A stretch of DNA of 64,000 nucleotides from Epithemia pelagica (GCA_946965045.2 OX337235.1:434001-498000); one strand, 5' to 3'. Shown: positions 43,781 through 56,259, numbered from the stretch's first letter. Notes: generated by a model from the letters alone, not told the origin. Translations and numbers: made by a program.

Positions 43781-46700
43781 CCGAGGGGGGGATGTAATAA
43801 AGTACGTTGAGTTTTCTAATTGTTTGGAATACATAGGAAAACAGTACCATTGTAAAGAAAGATTACTTACGACAATAAGGAACAATCTAATTAGGACTCA
43901 CAAATATACTTAGAGGTTACTTAGGATCTACGAGTTTCCAAGCAGATAAAGCGGCCGCATTTGTGTGTTGGGCGTTGTGTTTTGTGTTTTCATCATTCGT
44001 TTGGAAAAAGGAAGACCTGACCATGACGAAACCTCCTACGGCCGTTGTCAGCCCCATGCCTTCCAAGGACAAGGGAAATCGTGGCATTGTGTCTTCTCCT
44101 ATCTCCATTGCTTCTTCTTCGTCGTCTTTGTCGTCGTGTTCTTATCGTTGTGTTCATCCTCGTCGGACGCCATCTCACTCGCCTTTGTACCTTTGGACGG
44201 TACCTTCGTTCCAAAGATGGATGAATGCACTGGGAGCGACACCGATGCTCACAGTGTTCATTCCGATCCTTGGTACCTTGCCAAGTTGGAGAAAATGTAA
44301 GTTTGATTGTTGTTTTTTGTCATTGTCGACCAGTCTTCCTTCCTGCGACTCTTCCTTCCTTCCTTTTTCTTCCTGCGCGCGTGCCCTGCCTCATCCATTT
44401 TTGAATTCGTTGCTGTGTTTACCGTGCAAAACAAACCTCACACTTTTTCTTCCATCGCCATTTTTGCATCCCATTGCAGGAAACAAAAGACCATGGCCAA
44501 GACTCCGCTCCGCCCCCGTCGATCTAAACGCCAAGCTGCTGCTGCAGCAGCCAAGAAGAGGTACCGCGATGAAGAGATAGACGACATTCCTCGCCCTCCT
44601 GTTCGGAAGGTTACAAAGAAGGTTCATCCAAAGAAGAAACTTCCTCCTCCCACCGTTGACAATGGGAAGGAAAACGTTCCTCCTCCTCCTTGTCACCATC
44701 CTCACCCGAAAGAAAGGTAAGTTGTTGGATCATCATTACCGTCGTCTTTTCTGTATGATTGTTGTGTCTGACAAGAATGGCCTCCTCTTTTTCAGCACCA
44801 ATGGGAAGAAGGATCGTCCTTCCCTTTTCGACGAGGAAGACGACGACGAAGAAGACGATCGTCTTCCTCCTCTTGTTCCTTATCTTCCGGAGTAAGTTGA
44901 GGATGAGATACTCCCTTCTTTTGTATGATTGTTGTGTCTCACACGAATGTCGTTCTTTCTTTCAGGGACGATGACGATGAAGATGAAGACGATTGGTACC
45001 ACCTGTTGGAAGATACGGACGACGAGGAACCACTGGACGAACATCATCCTCCTGCTGCCATTGGTCCCCCATCTCCACTCGATACACGAACCATTGCCAT
45101 GGCATGCGTCAAGCAGAGACATGTGACCGAAAATGAGGATGGCGAGCTGATGATTGCGGAGTATCGAAAACTCCCCGTGGATGTGCCACACACCAAGGAC
45201 GGTATTCAGTACTGGAACACCTTTGCTCGCATCAGCGAGGATGTATACGAAGACGAGAACCACAAGTACGACGTTTGCGAGCTCTCGCAGAACTCGGAGT
45301 CGTTCAACAAGGCCAAGGCGGACTCTTTCAAACGATTCTTGGACATTCTCCGTCGCCATAAATACTATAGAGGACTCGCGGCGCCCATCATTGATCCTGA
45401 TACTGAAAAGGGCGAGAATTTGAAGGTGCCCAAGCTTTTTGTTGCTCTCAGGGGGGGGTATTACTCGTGGCAAACTTGGGTTGTTGAATTCTCTCTGCAT
45501 GATTTTCTGCATGAATCTGCGCATGGCTGGGTACAAAAAGGGGGAGCACGATCCCCACGACCCCAAGTATCACTACCAGCCAAACACGACCGGCAAAGTG
45601 CTCAATCACATCTTTTCCATCCTGCGAGCCAATGGAGTCGTGATCACGCAGTCGGACCTCAAAGGGGAGGGCTCGTACCATGCCTACTTGGAGAACTTGT
45701 GGTCGGAAACCGCCACCGTCCGTTCTGAGTTTGGCGGAGTTTGCCTCAACGACGAGAAGTCCATGCGAAAGTATGCGAGTCCTCCACTTCGTCCGTTCGA
45801 AATTTACAGGGATCTCCTCACGATGGTGTTCTACAAAGTCTGCCGTGACTGTAGTTTTCGATATCTAGAGGTACGTCCACGATCCGTTGGATTGTCGTAT
45901 GGATCACACGCTTCTCACCTCTGCTTGTTGTTTCTACTCAGATGCATTTAGCAAAAGTAACAGACTTTCTATTTGTTAAAAGTCTAGATGATTCGCACGG
46001 CAATCTCGCTGGTAAGGCGGCGATCATTCCTCTTGACTCCGGTCACCATAAAAATGTAAAATTGACTCTTGCCAACCCTTCGTTCCGGCGTGCAGTGGAT
46101 TGCAAAGGGAACATGATTGTTGAAAACCCCAAGGATCCATGGAGCACCTACAAACTGGTCATGGAGTACCGTAGAGTTGCCCACCCGCCGGGTTGGAAAG
46201 GGCTCTTCTTCCTTCGTGAAGCACCCGCCAAAGTAATTGCCACACGCGCTGACGGATCGACTCACCGTGCCTGGACGGATCTTGTTCCTGATATGTCGAA
46301 AACAAAGATTAATCCATTGACTGGCATGCGTCCTGGTGGAAAGTTGGGCGAAAATTTCGCTGCGCGCAAGACGAAAGAGTTGGCTAAGCGTTGTGGTTTC
46401 AAAGGAACCGGCAACTTTACTGGTCGTTCCGCTCGGAGAACTGGGATCACCACGGTTGCGAACTCGGGCGTTCCTCAACCTCTTGCGACGAATTATGGCC
46501 GCCACAAGGGTGAAAAGATCAACTTTGAGTATCAAGAAGTGACGGACCACTCGAAACAGAAGGCGGTGACGGCCCATTGGTGAATGCCATCCGATGACGA
46601 AGAAGAAAGCAAAAAAGGTACGTTGTTGTCTGACTGATGCATGTTGTTACTACTTCTGTATCTTACCTCTCTACTGTTCTCGTTTCAGAGGAACCTAAGA

Positions 46701-48024
46701 AAAAATCTCCACCAGTAGCCGCGAAAAAAGACGACGAGGACAAACCACCCCCGCTCCTTCCTCCTTCTGCATGGGACAACAACAATACAACAAACACCAC
46801 ACACTCTCATCACCAACACGACAACTACCACCACAACTACCAGCGCAACGAGAGTCGCAGTCACTACCACCAACGCGACAACCACTACAATCGGTTGCCT
46901 CCTCCTCCTCCCCCTCATTCTCGATCGTACTCCTGCCATTCGAGCGATCGTAACCATGGTGGGTGGACTCCTCCTCCACCTCCACCATCGTATGGACCCC
47001 GTTACGATCATTACCGCAGGCCTTCCCCTCCGCCACCCCCTCCTCGATCATATTCGCCACCTCCTCCTGTTCCTTCATCCCGTGTGAATGGCCCAACAGT
47101 CCATCACTATCACCATCATTCCTTGCCACCACCGCCTCCACGTCAGTATCCTGCATCTTCTTCGTGGCCAAACCACGGCAACCACCACAGTGGCTATCAC
47201 CGACATGGCGGTGATCACTACCATTACAACCACGGGGGTCGTCACTACTGAATGACAGAATGAAATGGGTAAGTTACTTCGTTTGCTTTGCTGTCTGTCT
47301 ATTGCTATTCTCTCACCATCTTCGTCTTAACAGGTTGATGCTTGAGCTCTTTGTGATGTTCGCTACAAATCCATAGGTAAGTTTGTCTTTTGCTGTTTCT
47401 TCTTGATTGCTGTGTTCTTTCCAAAGGCATGTCTAACCTTAATCTTGATTTCTCTTTGATTTTGGTCCTTCTCGAATGCCGTTTCTCTTTGATTTTGGTC
47501 CTCCTCGAATGCATTCACCCTCCCTATTCCTTGTTGATTGTTGTCTCTTAATGGCTCTCTTCGATTTCTGTTGTTGCTGGTGCTATCTGTTGTTTTTGCT
47601 TTGTCTTGCCTTTGTCTTTGCCTTTCTCTGCCTTGCCTTCCTTCTTTAGTTGTCGACTTGTCTCGCCTTGTGTCTCTCTTTGGTTGGTTTTCATGTCTCG
47701 CCTTTATCCTTTGGTCTGGTTGGTTGTGATGTCCTTTTTGTTACATTGTCTTTGTCCTGGCTCTGCTGTTGTTTGTTCTTGTTGCTATTGTTGTTCTTGT
47801 TGCTATTGTTGTTCTTGTTGCTATTGTTGTTGCTGTTGTTGCACGCGGTTTGTTTCTCGTGGTCTGTTTCGGCTCATTTTGTGACGGTTTCCCTTTGCCT
47901 CATTTTTTCGGTTTTTCCCACGACCGAAAATTTTACTTATATACACTAAAATTAAAATTTGAGTACAGTAAAAATCGGGCTATAGTAACTAGGCACGTGC
48001 GGGGGGAATACATCCCCCCCGAGG
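43781..48024 (+). mobile_element. Crypton-like tyrosine-recombinase DNA transposon, copy 2 (more complete)
   Basis: CCGAGG direct repeats at 43781-43786 and 48019-48024; perfect 10-bp inner inverted arms GGGGGATGTA / TACATCCCCC. Confidence 0.82.
44023..47251 (+). pseudogene. Spliced tyrosine recombinase gene with Pro/His/Tyr-rich tail
   Basis: KYHYQPNTTGKVLNHIF (core-binding-like); candidate catalytic residues R (FYKVCR), K (HHKNVK), R-x-x-R (GRSARR), H (GRHK), Y (FEY). Frameshifts near 44140 and 45540; TGA at 46581-46583. Confidence 0.82.
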
Positions 48025-48773
48025 ATCAGCGGTCGTCCTCAACAAGGCCCACAATCAAGCCTTTGGCAACTCCGCCTTGTCTCTTGGTTTGTTCCAAACC
48101 GTTGCCAATATTGCTGTTGGGGGTCACCAAGGGTGGTTGGACCATTCCTGTGGATTGTGCTGCCCCTACGATGACAATGATCCACGATGCTGCTGCAATG
48201 CCAAGGCCGATGAGGCTACCATTGTCATGGCTCGAGTGGCGGCGGCCGCTGGTCCCATGGAACAAGTCATGCCAAGATTTTGCACAGTGACTTGGAAGAC
48301 TTTGTTTGCTTGGAACTTTGTCAAAGTGGGAGTGCCACCTTTGAACATGTCCACGATTGTACCTTCAACTTTGTGTACAATCCCGTTGACAAGGCCTTGA
48401 CCAAGGTCCATTAAGTGTTTGGGGGATTGTAGTGGACAAGGTTCGTCGATTGGAGGCACGTGGAGCTCGGCTCCGGTTTCCGATACACCATTCTGAAAAT
48501 AGGATGGAGCGTTAAGTATATACATGAATAGAAAAAGAAGATTGCAACCACAGCAGTTTACTTCCTGGAGGAGTTGTGGAAGCCAAGGCGTTTGGACGGG
48601 GACACGTGTAGAAGAGGGTCATTTCATGCAGGGTTTGCTCGTTGAAAGATTGGGTTGTGAGGGTGTGTGCGAGATTTGTTTTCCCATGTTGCAACCAAAC
48701 CTTTTAGTGTGTCGACACTGTCCATGGCGGGGCCTCTGGGACAAACAAACAAAGGAACAAAAATTGCAATCGA

Positions 48774-50078
48774 TTACCGCTTCTTCTTTGGCGTTTGCTT
48801 CTTTTTATTCTTCTTCTTCTTCTTTTTGGATGCAGCAGCCATGAGACGGGTCGGATCGGGTGCCTTTTGCAACCGATACAAGAGTAATTGATTGGAGACA
48901 TCGTATCGAATTTCCACATTTTGCCACAATCGTTGTTGTTCTTGTTCTTGTTTGTGGTGGGTGGTGGTGGCAGTACCATTCGAATTGGGAAAGAGGACGG
49001 GCCAAAAATATTCGGGTTGCGAGAGGGACCAAATGCAATAATATCCCAATGGTTTCAAGACGCGATGGACGGCCTGCATCATGGAATGGACTTGGACTTG
49101 TCGACGATCGTGATGGAGATAGGTACAAGAGAGTGGATCGAGCAAGCCCTTGTCGACCACGGCCTGTATGGAATTGGGACGAAGATTGGGAATCCCATTC
49201 GTGGTTTGGGAGGACAATTCCGTGGCATTGTCTACAAATAATTGCATGCGACCCGCCTCGACTTGATCGCGACACAAACGAGATTGGACTTGCATGACGG
49301 GAGAGGACCAATCGACTTGAATAATGGGGCCTCGATAATACTGTGGAGGTTGATGGGCCATGTCCCACCCCAATCGTGACACGCCGCATCCGAGAATCAA
49401 GACGGGTTCCTTACTATTATTGTTGTTGTTGTTGGAACGAGTACTCGAATTGGTTGCGGATGGTGTCCCCAACGAGCCACGGTCCTCTCTTTTTCTCGTG
49501 TCGCTCTTAATGACACTGTCTTGTTCTTCTTCTTCTTTTTCCTCCTCCTCTTCCAACTCGGCATCCTCACTGTCGTAATCTTTGTCATTGTCGTAGTCGT
49601 CTTGTGGTGGAGACAAACCCAGGGTTTCCCACAGAGTTGTGGTATGCAAGGTGGCCACTGGATCGTCCTCTTGCTTTTTGGTTGAATTGGTTCGTAGCTG
49701 GTCCACGTCAAACGTGGTGAGAAACGAGTGCGTTGGTGGTTGTGCTTCTTCGTTTGAACCTGGTGGCCCTTGTTGTGGTGGTGGTGGTGGCACGGGAAGT
49801 AAATGATAGGAATAGGATTGCAAGGCGGCATGCGAGACATGGGCCCATTCACCGGCTGGATTGGTATTGGATCCCGCCGTGGCCAAGAGGGACGACACGG
49901 AGGACGACCCACTGTTGCGATGGGCATAATCCCAATAGACGACGGATCCATAACGATGGACGGGCAAACAAACGTCAAAGGTTTGCCACACCCATTGCTT
50001 CCATCGATCCCACCCATGACGATTTCGTAACAACTTCAAGGCAGAATAAAAACGGGTCGTCGTCGTCGTCGTCGTCAT
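48774..50078 (-). CDS. Class I SAM methyltransferase M (Z type), intact, 434 aa
   Basis: YGSVVYWD..EW; VLILGCGVSRLG; VDWS; VVDKGLLD; VHRVLKPLG. Resembles METTL13-N/EEF1AKMT4-type protein-lysine MTases. Confidence 0.85.
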   Translation of the reverse strand: MTTTTTTTRFYSALKLLRNRHGWDRWKQWVWQTFDVCLPVHRYGSVVYWDYAHRNSGSSSVSSLLATAGSNTNPAGEWAHVSHAALQSYSYHLLPVPPPPPQQGPPGSNEEAQPPTHSFLTTFDVDQLRTNSTKKQEDDPVATLHTTTLWETLGLSPPQDDYDNDKDYDSEDAELEEEEEKEEEEQDSVIKSDTRKREDRGSLGTPSATNSSTRSNNNNNNSKEPVLILGCGVSRLGWDMAHQPPQYYRGPIIQVDWSSPVMQVQSRLCRDQVEAGRMQLFVDNATELSSQTTNGIPNLRPNSIQAVVDKGLLDPLSCTYLHHDRRQVQVHSMMQAVHRVLKPLGYYCIWSLSQPEYFWPVLFPNSNGTATTTHHKQEQEQQRLWQNVEIRYDVSNQLLLYRLQKAPDPTRLMAAASKKKKKKNKKKQTPKKKR

Positions 50079-50403
50079 GGTGGGTCTGGTTCCAATCGAA
50101 TCTAGAGAGAGCTTTCGATGTTCTCGTCTTCTGTTGGTCTCCTCTCTCGTGAAACTCTTTTGGAGAAATAATGAAATTGCCTTAAAAGCTGGTTCCGTCT
50201 CGGACGAGAGGCTGCCAAGAGATCGGCCAATAACCTGTCGAGTCCGAACGAGAAGTCTGGCTAGTAGTCATAACACAACCTATCCTAGTTAATCATTGCC
50301 TTGAAGCAGATAGTGTTGACAGTCCATAGCTAAAACCCAAATTTCGACAATGGCTAATTTCACTAGTATCTGTTACGACTATGGACTATGGATCTGTGGA
50401 CGA

Positions 50404-51402
50404 CTAGGATGGATCTGTGTAGTCAACGGAGAAGAGTTTCTCTCCATTGTTGATGGCAAGTTGCGAGACGATGAGGATGACACGGAAAGCACGGCCATGG
50501 GACGCAATGTCATGCCGCCACGTTTGACGCAGACAACCCCAGTCCTTGAACCGCTTGTTGATGGTTTCTTGTCGGCTTCGGACTCGTTGTTGCATTTTTA
50601 GATTGTCTGCTGGATTGCTGAATCCAGCTGGGCACTTGACAAACTCAGGATGTTCGCCACGGTAGCCATCATCAGCCTCGACCCTCTCATTGGGGTCGAG
50701 GTGTGACAGAAGACAGTCACGGAAAATTGTGATGTCGTTGTGGCTGCCAGCAACGTAGGGCCCATTCAACCACACGACATCCCCTGTCAAAATACACAGC
50801 CCAATTTCATATCTGAGGGCACTTTTCTTGAATTTGTGGCTGTAGAACTTGCGTCCGTTCTCAGCCACCCGAAAGTCTGTCCCATCAACACTAATGAGGC
50901 AGTCATTCCCTTTGTCTAGCTTATAGCGGTTTTCCCACACTATCTGTAAAGCATTCTTGGAATGTTAGATAATGAAACAAAAACAAACAAAAATGACTGT
51001 AGGGAGACTTACCACTTGACTTTCAAGGCGGACAATGGCATCAATGAAGAGCCATGTCCATTTCGAGAACGTGTTCCTGTTGACACCACCAGCCAGAGTG
51101 CACAATACTCGTTCCTTTGCATACACCCGAAGGAACATGAGTGTCCAAAGAAGATGGGACATTGTTCCTGACACAGGCACCGAGTCGGACTCCACAAGAG
51201 CGCACCACAAATTCAAGCAAACAAGAATGCCACACCCAAAATACTGCCGAAACATCCGCTCCTCACTTTGGACGGTCCCCTTTTTACGGTGGAACAAAAG
51301 GGAATCGTTGCTCCAGATCAACCGGGCATAGTACAAAAAGTCTTCAGGGTTTGGGGCAGACCAGCGTTGCCGCTTGTTCCCCTCGGCATTCGACGGAGCC
51401 AT
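50404..51402 (-). CDS. DDE transposase (DDE_Tnp_4/Harbinger-like), 309 aa, one intron at 50944-51012
   Basis: Exon 1 MAPSN..ESQV, GTAAGT..TTTACAG intron, exon 2 IVWENR..SVDGTDF..EADDGYRG..RQETINKRFK. Confidence 0.9.
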
Positions 51403-51767
51403 GATGGACAGTTTTTGTGAGAAATCTTGAGGACGAGACACGACTTTTAGGTAGAAATCGTACCTTTCACGATTCACGCGAGCATCGATTTCTCCTTTCT
51501 ACTTCTACTAGGGACTACAACTGTGGATTAGGGACCGTTCCCCACCGAAAAATTTGAACGGATCCATGTTGATAGTGTTACATAGGCAGATGACTATTCA
51601 TTCGTGACCAATATAACACCACTCTCTAGACCTGTCATATTGACTTAGCACGTACATGTCCATTACAGATTAGACAAACAACCGATTAAGCGTAAGAAAG
51701 CGGGCCGGTCAGTTGGATGGCACGTGTCAATAATTAATTTTGGTCCTGATGTCAGAAATCTGGCCCC

Positions 51768-51971
51768 GATCTCGGAATTCGGGTCGATCTCGGAATTCGG
51801 GCCAGATCTCGGAATTCGGGTCGATCTCGGAATTCGGGCCAGATCTCGGAATTCGGGTTTTTACTCTGAAATAAAGTATACTTTGGTCGGAATTCGGGTC
51901 GATCTCGGAATTCGGGCCAGATCTCGGAATTCGGGTCGATCTCGGAATTCGGGCCAGATCTCGGAATTTGG
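51768..51971. repeat. Tandem array of alternating 18/19-bp units GATCTCGGAATTCGGG(TC/CCA)
   Basis: Five units, a ~30-bp AT-rich break, then one partial and four more units; lies between the two divergent transposon genes. Confidence 0.95.
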
Positions 51972-52167
51972 GCTTTCCGTTGAACGGACCAATTATGTTT
52001 TTTCAGTTACCGCGCCTGCTTGCAATGCCGTGTGACTGCGAGAGGGAAAGTCAACTCGTTTCTGATTGCAAGCATGCCAGTCACACAAACACAACGGAGT
52101 GCTCAGAAGAAGAACTTCACGTCGTTGTCTCGCAATCTCTTGCCATCATAAATTTTGTCTCAATGAA

Positions 52168-53400
52168 ATGAAAGTGGTGCTACCGACCGACAGAGTACCT
52201 GCTTGGAGTAAGAAAGACGACGCCAAGCTCGCTGAACTCTTTCGCAAGGGTCCAAGCCACGGTGGAATTTCAAGCAACGACACGTCCGTTAACACTGCGA
52301 AGAAAGTCCTTCTCACTCACTTTCCCGAGCGCTGCAAGCCCGACGTCCACAAGGCATACAAGAATTTTGGCCCTCTCTTTCGCGAAAAAGCCAGAGCCTG
52401 GAATATTAACCAGACTTTGACAGGGGCACGGAAAGCCCGAGCTGGTAAACGACGTAAGTAAAGTGTCCATTGTTGAAAGTTGCTTCATGATTCTAACTAC
52501 TTTCTTTCTTTTGTTATAGAATCAGCTGTTGCTGCTGAAGAGCAAAATCGCCTAGAGGTTAACAACCTTGTCGAGGACGAAGCCGAGGAAGTTGAAGACG
52601 GAGACTACAGTGGGGCTGAGGAGGAGGAGGACATCTCCATTGATCTTGAAGAGGCGTCAGTTGAATCTGGTGCAGCAGAAGAAGAGGTAGAAGACAACAA
52701 CAGCGAAATCAACAGCTTCAGCATGGAGGAGGCGGTTCAAGCGTTCAAAAAGATGGGCCTCACCCCGGCCAAGACACCTAAGAAGGGTGGTGGTGGTGCT
52801 GCTTTCAAGGAACTGGTAGTAGCGGCTTCATATCCCTACTGTGCATCTAAGTTTGAGAGTTCTAATACTCTGTTCTGTTCTGTGGACATGTGTGTCCCAG
52901 GAGGGTCCACGAAGACCTACACTCCGGGGCTGGTGGATGATGGCATGGCAGTCCAGGTCGATTCTGTTGTGCCAAGCTATTTCTTCCAGAAAGGTCGACT
53001 GTTGGCGGCGCATCCTGATCTTGGGCAAGAGGACGATAGGGTCACAGAGTTCAAGCAACTCTGTGACCGGGCCAAACAGGAACATGCAACGTATGAGGGT
53101 GGCAAACCAAAGTTTGTAGCGAAGCAGAAAATCAAGTTACCTTTCAAGTGTGTGAAGGAAGATATGCAATACGAACTACAAGCCTTCACTTCGAAGGACA
53201 AAGACTTCACCAAGGAGCACAGGGGTGCTGCCAAGATGTTTGTTTTCTCGATACTCCTCAAGGCCGCCAAGCAACCGGAACGAAAGCGTGCAAACCAAGG
53301 CACTGCACGGACCATCGCCCCTTACAATGATTCTGATGACTCCGATGTCCAAGATGTGGATGAGGATGAGATGAGTCATGATGGTGACTACCAGAACTGA
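52168..53400 (+). CDS. Accessory protein of the Harbinger-like element with a Myb/SANT-like N-terminus (about 388 aa, intron about 52454-52519)
   Basis: WSKKDDAKLAELF resembles a Myb first helix; GTAAGT..TTATAG intron keeps frame; acidic linker; lies within the TIRs. Confidence 0.7.
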
Positions 53401-53825
53401 ATTTTGACCTACGAGAATGTCGCCTCCCCTAAATCTTGGTGGAATGATGTTTGGACTAACGACCTAGCCTTTTGGGACATTGACGAGACCTAGTACGAGA
53501 AAGGCTAGCTTACGTAGATAATCGATTAGTAGTGCAATCCGAGACGGAACAAGCTTTTAAGGCAATGGACGGACCGGATGACCAAGCCGGCTGGAGGACA
53601 GACGCATGTGCGGAGTGCGGACAGACGCCTTTGACCATGATCCAACGCGACCTGATCGGACCGAAAACGCACTTCAAACGCACCTATTTCAATCGAATCT
53701 TTTCGGGAGGGCCACACAATCCATTGGCATCGTTGGATGGACTTCCTTCCCTGTGTGTGGTCCTATTATCATTGTCCTCGTTCTTCTCCGTTTCACAGTG
53801 TCCTTGTCCGTATACTAGGTATATC

Positions 53826-55205
53826 ATGCCGTCTCTGCGTGGTCGTTATGTCATTGATCGCCTGAAACGTTGGACCTTGGCCCAGTTAAACCTGGCCTTG
53901 CCGGTGCCTCCGTACGGTACCTCTCAGTATTGGGATCATGCCTATCGATCCATGTTGCAGCAACCCGATCAAGTCGAACCACAAGAATGGGGCAATGCCT
54001 CGTACGAAACGTTGAAGGAATATCAGTACAAGACGCTGTCGATCCCCACCTCCTTGCTCCTTTCGTCGCCGCAGCAACAGCCTCGGTTCTCCGGTGCGGC
54101 CGTCTCGTATTACGAGTCCCACCCGAATCACAACCAGCCCGTACCCACCACCTTGGATTCGTCCCATGCCACGCGACCGGTGCATTCCACAACCTTGGCG
54201 GAAACCATGGGATTGACCGAGAATGATAATGATGATGATGATGATGAGGAGGAGTATAATCCAGAGGACGACCATGACCACAACGATTCGTCGTTTACCG
54301 AGAAACACAAGGCTCCCATTGTCATTTTGGGGTGTGGGATTTCCCGATTGGGTACCGATTTGGCCGCACACGAACCCTCTCTGGGACGACGACCAGGACG
54401 ACAAGGACGACGAACCGTGATTCAAGTCGATTGGAGTCCGCGCATTGTGCAATTGCAAACCATGTTTTGTCACGACCAGGTACAATCCGGTGCCTTGCAC
54501 ATTCGGGAAGATTCGGCGGCGCAATTGTCAAGTATTTCGCAGGACAATTCCATTCACGCTGTACTCGACAAGGGATTGATGGATCCCTTGTCTTGTACCT
54601 GTGCCCATCACGATGGACGATCCAAACACGTGCAAGATATTTTTCGAGCGGTCCATCGCGTCTTGAAACCCAATGGGTATTATTGTATCTGGTCCCTGTC
54701 GCAACCCGAATTCTTGTTACCCTTGTTGGAACAAGAAAACCTCATTCAACCCACTTCCGACCATGAGGATGATACCGACCACAAGAACGACAGGAACGCA
54801 ACGGGGGAATTGTTCCAGGATCGTTCCATGTTTGCTCCACAATATCTGCATCGTCCATCCATGCCCTCGCCACCACCCCTGTCCATACAACAACAACAAC
54901 AAGAACGACTCCAAAACATATATCGCAATTATCAACCCTTGGCATCCCTGTCATTATCATCGTCTTCCACCCATTCTACCACGATTCCGACGCGCACGCC
55001 TCGCAATCCCATGACCGGCAAACCCTACTTGTGGCAACGCTTGGACATTCGCCATGATGTCACCAATCAATTCCTCTTGTATCGGTTTCAAAAAGCGGCT
55101 GCCAGTGATCCGTTTTCAACGACGAGTGCGCAACCACCATCCTCCCGCTTGCCACGCCATTCGGAAAACAACAACAAGAACAACCATCGACAACGACGAG
55201 CTTGA
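53826..55205 (+). CDS. Class I SAM methyltransferase M (Y copy), intact, about 459 aa
   Basis: MPSLRGRY..YGTSQYWDHAY..EW..IVILGCGISRLG..VDWS..AVLDKGLMD..VHRVLKPNG. Confidence 0.85.
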   Translation: MPSLRGRYVIDRLKRWTLAQLNLALPVPPYGTSQYWDHAYRSMLQQPDQVEPQEWGNASYETLKEYQYKTLSIPTSLLLSSPQQQPRFSGAAVSYYESHPNHNQPVPTTLDSSHATRPVHSTTLAETMGLTENDNDDDDDEEEYNPEDDHDHNDSSFTEKHKAPIVILGCGISRLGTDLAAHEPSLGRRPGRQGRRTVIQVDWSPRIVQLQTMFCHDQVQSGALHIREDSAAQLSSISQDNSIHAVLDKGLMDPLSCTCAHHDGRSKHVQDIFRAVHRVLKPNGYYCIWSLSQPEFLLPLLEQENLIQPTSDHEDDTDHKNDRNATGELFQDRSMFAPQYLHRPSMPSPPPLSIQQQQQERLQNIYRNYQPLASLSLSSSSTHSTTIPTRTPRNPMTGKPYLWQRLDIRHDVTNQFLLYRFQKAAASDPFSTTSAQPPSSRLPRHSENNNKNNHRQRRA

Positions 55206-55471
55206 AAAAAAACAAACACAGTCCATCAACCATTGTAAACATGAATCTTGGGTGCGTGCGTGTTGCTGGACGAGTTTGGAATCTCCATTGTTTCTCACGA
55301 AACACAGAGCTTGCGTGCGCAATTCAAAAGCCGCAATGGATGCTTTTTCACCTCCTATAATATTTATTTGCTGAACTCCCCATCCTTTTTCAGGATGGTA
55401 CATCGGAAACCGGAGCAGGGCTCAACGTGTCTTCAATCGACGAAACATGCATATACTACAATTCCCCAAAC

Positions 55472-56005
55472 TTAGTTGGACTTGGTCAAGGCCTTGCCAA
55501 CGGGGTTGTACACAAAGTTGAAGGTACAGTCGTGGACATGTTCAAAGGTGGCACTGCCACTTGGACGTAGCTCAAAGCAAACAAAGTCTTCAAAGTCACC
55601 GTGCGAAATCTTGGCATGACGGTAACTGACTTGTTCAATGGGACCAGCCGCAGCAGCAACACGGGCAACGACAATGGTAGCCTCAACGGCCTTGGCATTG
55701 CAGCAGCATCGTGGATCATCGTCATCGAAGGGGACGGTCCAACCAACGTTGGTGACCAACGACCGCAATATCAGCCACTGTATGTTTTGCCAAAGGCTTG
55801 ATTGTGGGCCTTGGGGACCACTTGATTGATTGTCACGGTCCGACAATTCGTGGGGCAAACCAATCAAGGTGAGCTTGGCTTGGGTGATTTCGTCATGCCC
55901 GTAGGCCGTTTCGACAGGTCCAATGTTGTTCACGGGCGCCAAGAACGAAAAGGTACAGTCCTTGGCATGAACTATAAATTGACATACGAGGACTTTTGAA
56001 GACAA
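55472..56005 (-). pseudogene. Truncated S-gene fragment (Y copy)
   Basis: Near-identical to 29200-29733. Confidence 0.85.
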
Positions 56006-56259
56006 GTCTACCCGTGTTGTAAGTAAAAGGGGGCGGAATCATGGGATATGGGTAACAATCATAGCAAGAAGATAATTGGAGTGGTCGATCAGGATAAGTT
56101 CGTCGCAAAAGGACGAGCCTTTCTCTTTCCCTCTTTCCATGAAAGAAACCTACGAAAACACAGACAACTACCTTGGACTACTCTCCAACAAAATCATGTC
56201 GGTTCAACAAGTGGGAGTAGTATATAAACTGTGAGAACTGTTCTTTCCCTGACTCGTGT

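Larger units (their letters stand above)
43300..48400 (+). pseudogene. Rearranged S-gene fragment split by YR element copy 2 (parts 43300-43707 and 48035-48400)
   Basis: YVNLVHAQDCTFSF..ELSDHDNQ; 98-bp duplication at 43610-43707 and 48035-48132. Confidence 0.85.
50178..53564. mobile_element. PIF/Harbinger-superfamily DNA transposon (3387 bp), two divergent genes
   Basis: 27-bp TIRs TGCCTTAAAAGCT(G/T)GTTCCGTCTCGGA (26/27 match), flanked by AT on both sides; absent from the paralogous site at about 6311. Confidence 0.9.

Noticed and set aside
39549-50078. Classical restriction-modification system (REase plus DNA MTase)
   Set aside because: M lacks DNA-MTase catalytic motifs (PC, DPPY/NPPY) and resembles protein-lysine MTases; only a looser toxin-regulator idea is kept.
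51768-51971. Possible CRISPR array
   Set aside because: Units are adjacent with no unique spacers, no cas genes are present, and the context is eukaryotic.
53532-53825. N-terminal extension of the 557-aa ORF upstream of M
   Set aside because: It runs through the transposon TIR and promoter DNA that is not open in the paralog; the conserved start is ATG 53826.
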